64,000 nt of DNA from Rubrivivax sp. (GTDB lineage Bacteria; Pseudomonadota; Gammaproteobacteria; Burkholderiales; Burkholderiaceae_C): contig JBJTZN010000091.1 in assembly GCA_046087245.1 (NCBI GenBank), positions 2,842 to 66,841 on the forward strand. Direction: 5' to 3'. Below, piece by piece: positions 61,656 to 64,000 of this stretch (position 1 is the first letter of the stretch; the number at the start of each line of letters is the position of its first letter). A model generated the notes under the pieces. That model saw only the letters and a program-made list of their open reading frames with translations. It searched no databases and was not told the DNA's origin. A program made the position numbers and the translations under genes.

Positions 61656-63470
61656 TCAGGGAGCAAGCGGCTCCAGGTCGACGGTGTCGAACCACTGGTT
61701 CCAGAACAGCGGGCGGCGGTAGCCCACCAGCCGGGGTTGCGACAGCGTGATCTGCACCAGGTGGCTGCGCAGCTTGTAGGGCATCCAGGCCACGGTCAGG
61801 CGCTTGGCCTCGTCGAAGGCGGCCTCACGCTCGGGGCCGTCGGGCAGTGCCAGCAGCCGTGCGATCAGGGCGTTCATCTCGGGGCGGTCGAAGCGCGCCA
61901 GGTTGATGCCGCCCGAGGCCGCGCCGTCGTAGCGCAGCAGCCCCTGCAGGCCGTCGGGCGAACTCGCACGCCCGCTGACCGACCACATCATGAGCTGGCC
62001 GGCACGCGCGGCCTTGTACTGCTCGGGCCACATCGCCGTCTGGAACTCCACGCGCAGACCCACGGCCCGCAGGTCGCGCCGCATCAGTTCGTCGAAGCGC
62101 CGCATCTCCTGCGTGGGCTGCGTGGCCATCTGCAGCACCAGCGGCCGGCCCTCGGGCGTCTCGCGCCAGCCGTCCCCGTCGCGGTCGCGCCAGCCGTACA
62201 ACTCCAGCAGGGCGCGCGCGCGGGGCGGGTCGTAGCTCGACATTTCGCTGCGCCAGGCGGCGTCGTAGCCGCTCAGGTGCGGGGTCACGGGAGATTGCGC
62301 CGCCACCCCCGAGCCATGGCGCAGCAGGCTGATTTCGCGCGGGACGTCGATGGCCAGACCGATGGCGCGCCGCAACGCCACCTGCGCCGGGGCGTAGCCG
62401 CCCACCAGCGGATCGTCCATGTTGAACATCGTGTAATAGGTGGAAGGCAACACCGTGCGCTCGGCCTGTATGCCCTTGCGCGCCAGGTGAGGCGCCAGCC
62501 GACCCCCGGGGTAGGCGCTGTCGGTGAAGACGTCGGGCAGCTCGATCCAATCGGTCTGGCCGTTCAGAAAGGCCAGCCAGATGGGTTGCTTCTCGTCGAT
62601 GATGGCGATCTCGACGCGGTCGACCATGGGCAGGCGCCGGCCTTTCAGGCGGGCGAGCACGGCCTGTCCCTGCGCATCGTCGGGAGCGGGCTGGGCGTCG
62701 TAGCGCACCTCGCGGTACAGGGGGTTGCGCTCCAGCACGATCTGCGACGAGCGCCGCCACAGTGCCAGGCGGAAGGCCCCGGTGCCCACAGGCCGCTCCA
62801 TCGTCTTGTCGCCGGCGGCCTCGATCACCTCGCGGGCCACCGCTCCCGTGGCCACCTCGGCCAGCCATTGGGGAAACCGCGGCCGTCCGGCATCGAGTTG
62901 GAAGCGCAGGGTGTAACGGTCCAGCACCTGCAGGCCCGGCACCGGGCGGTCGTAGTCGAAAGGCCGCTTGCGGTCGATCGCCTCGCGCCGCAGCGCGGCC
63001 AGGCCGCTGATGCCGGCCTGCTCCAGCGAACTCCAGCCCGGGCTCTTGTTGGCGGGATCGGCCAGCCGGCGCAGGGTGTAGGCGTAGTCGGCGGCCCCCA
63101 GCTCGCGCGGCCTGCCGCCGAAGGCCGGGTCGTCGGTGAAGAGGATGCCGGGGCGCAGCCGCACGGTCCAGGTGCGGAAGTCGGGCGAGGGTTCGGGCAG
63201 CGCCTGCGCCGTCAGCGGCTGCAGCCTGACCGGCCGGGCCAGCGGGTCGTAGCGCAGCAGTGGCTCGAAGATGTGGGCGATGACCCGAAAGGAGCGCGCG
63301 TCACCCACGCGGGCCGGATCGAAGCCGGTTTCGCTCTCGCTGGCGATGCGCAGCACCTTCGCGGCAGGCGCGGCGACCGGCGCCGCCGACGCCGGCAGCG
63401 CCAAGCCCGCGCACCACGCCGCCAGCGCCAAGGCCCAGGAGCACGCTGCAGTTCCACACCGGGTGACCAT
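61656..63470 (-). CDS. ABC transporter substrate-binding protein, family 5 (peptide type)
   Basis: ATG 63470 in ORF 61656..63596. It has a signal peptide MVTRCGTAACSWALALAAWCAGLALPASA and an SBP_bac_5-like body. It lies 59 nt upstream of ldcA on the same strand. Confidence 0.85.
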   Translation of the reverse strand: MVTRCGTAACSWALALAAWCAGLALPASAAPVAAPAAKVLRIASESETGFDPARVGDARSFRVIAHIFEPLLRYDPLARPVRLQPLTAQALPEPSPDFRTWTVRLRPGILFTDDPAFGGRPRELGAADYAYTLRRLADPANKSPGWSSLEQAGISGLAALRREAIDRKRPFDYDRPVPGLQVLDRYTLRFQLDAGRPRFPQWLAEVATGAVAREVIEAAGDKTMERPVGTGAFRLALWRRSSQIVLERNPLYREVRYDAQPAPDDAQGQAVLARLKGRRLPMVDRVEIAIIDEKQPIWLAFLNGQTDWIELPDVFTDSAYPGGRLAPHLARKGIQAERTVLPSTYYTMFNMDDPLVGGYAPAQVALRRAIGLAIDVPREISLLRHGSGVAAQSPVTPHLSGYDAAWRSEMSSYDPPRARALLELYGWRDRDGDGWRETPEGRPLVLQMATQPTQEMRRFDELMRRDLRAVGLRVEFQTAMWPEQYKAARAGQLMMWSVSGRASSPDGLQGLLRYDGAASGGINLARFDRPEMNALIARLLALPDGPEREAAFDEAKRLTVAWMPYKLRSHLVQITLSQPRLVGYRRPLFWNQWFDTVDLEPLAP

Positions 63471-63629
63471 GGCCGCTATTGGATCCCATCTTCCAGCCAC
63501 GGGACGGCGGTGCGCGCTCGCCGGAACACCGCGGCGCAAGCGCCCCAATTTGGTGAATTCGAAAACTTGAGACATATTTGCCCTGATTGACGCCAAGCCG
63601 ACTTGGTGATCCAGAAAGGGTGTCCCGGG

Positions 63630-64000
63630 TTGTTCTCGCTGAACACGAACCTCATGGCGCTCACGGCCCGCCGATCGTGGGCTGCGGCGGAGGCCGGCCT
63701 GGCGGTCACTTCGCTGCGGCTGGCCACCGGCCTGCGCATCAACAGCGCCCGTGATGATCCCGCCGGGCTGGTCATGTCCGAGCGTTTGCTGGCGCAGATC
63801 CGGGGCTCCGACACCGCGGTGCGCAACGCCAACGAAGCCATCTCCAGGGCTCAGGTCGGCGAGACCGCCACGGCCTCCGTGGTGACGAACCTCCAGCGCA
63901 TGCGTGAACTGGCCGTCCAGGCCGCCAACGGCTCGCTGACCCTCAGCGACCGTGCGTTGCTGGAGGTGGAGTTCGATCAGTTGCAGGCCGATGTCGCCAG
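63630..64000 (+). CDS. fliC: flagellin (N-terminal part; runs off the window end)
   Basis: Own translation; the frame is open from 63570 to the window end, so it is not in the ORF track. It reads (M)FSLNTNLMALTARRS...ATGLRINSARDDPAGLVMSERLLAQIRGSDTAVRNANEAISRAQVGE...NLQRMRELAVQAANGS, the flagellin N-domain signature. The start is most likely TTG 63630 (AAGGG 9 nt upstream). Alternatives are TTG 63603, GTG 63606 and ATG 63654. Confidence 0.8.
   Translation, partial: MFSLNTNLMALTARRSWAAAEAGLAVTSLRLATGLRINSARDDPAGLVMSERLLAQIRGSDTAVRNANEAISRAQVGETATASVVTNLQRMRELAVQAANGSLTLSDRALLEVEFDQLQADVA

Noticed and set aside
63471-63629. Sigma-28 (FliA) promoter upstream of the flagellin gene
   Set aside because: gccgactt resembles the GCCGATAA -10 box only weakly, and no TAAA -35 element sits at the right distance. 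The evidence is not sufficient to annotate it.

Overview
This is a very GC-rich 64-kb chromosomal segment (by eye two-thirds or more G+C; not computed). Gene content and order look like a betaproteobacterium of the order Burkholderiales. That is an inference from the gyrA-pheA-tyrA-aroA/cmk-rpsA-ihfB backbone and from the protein sequences. I can support about 56 protein-coding genes. I saw no rRNA, tRNA, CRISPR array, transposase, integrase or phage structural gene. Blocks in order: (1) a partial ompA-like gene (-). (2) gyrA, pheA, tyrA, fused aroA-cmk, rpsA, ihfB (+). (3) ureA-small ORF-ureB-ureC (-), with no ure accessory genes. (4) A MacB-like ABC transporter plus a DUF3299 protein (+). 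(5) A tightly coupled MoxR-GNAT-S9 peptidase-VWA-TamA-like operon (-). (6) Cytochrome c4, copA/copZ, an orphan peptide-type SBP, DUF1841, DUF502, a Pat-type acetyltransferase, glgC, an ATP-dependent DNA ligase, an SbtA-like permease with a LysR regulator, a P2-type ATPase, dadA/lrp, and a yqjD/yqjE-like pair. (7) Two translationally coupled DEAD-box helicases. (8) A complete histidine-utilisation (hut) regulon in two divergent operons, carrying an embedded PhyH-family dioxygenase and a TauT-type ABC importer. (9) A lipoprotein, DUF4845, GST, ldcA plus a peptide SBP, and the 5' end of a flagellin gene. Most worth a second look: (a) two inverted ~105-nt hairpin modules in the hutU-hutH spacer, with compensatory and strand-consistent substitutions and an SD-hairpin-ATG core that opens a uORF ending on the hutH start codon; (b) the five-gene MoxR/GNAT/peptidase/VWA/Omp85 operon with no TamB; (c) the oxygenase inside the hut operon; (d) a 54-aa His-rich membrane ORF between ureA and ureB in an accessory-less urease locus next to a MacB/DUF3299 transporter. 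Most long ORFs in the six-frame track are antisense or off-frame shadows, as expected at this GC content. All family assignments come from reading motifs by eye; no database search was run.
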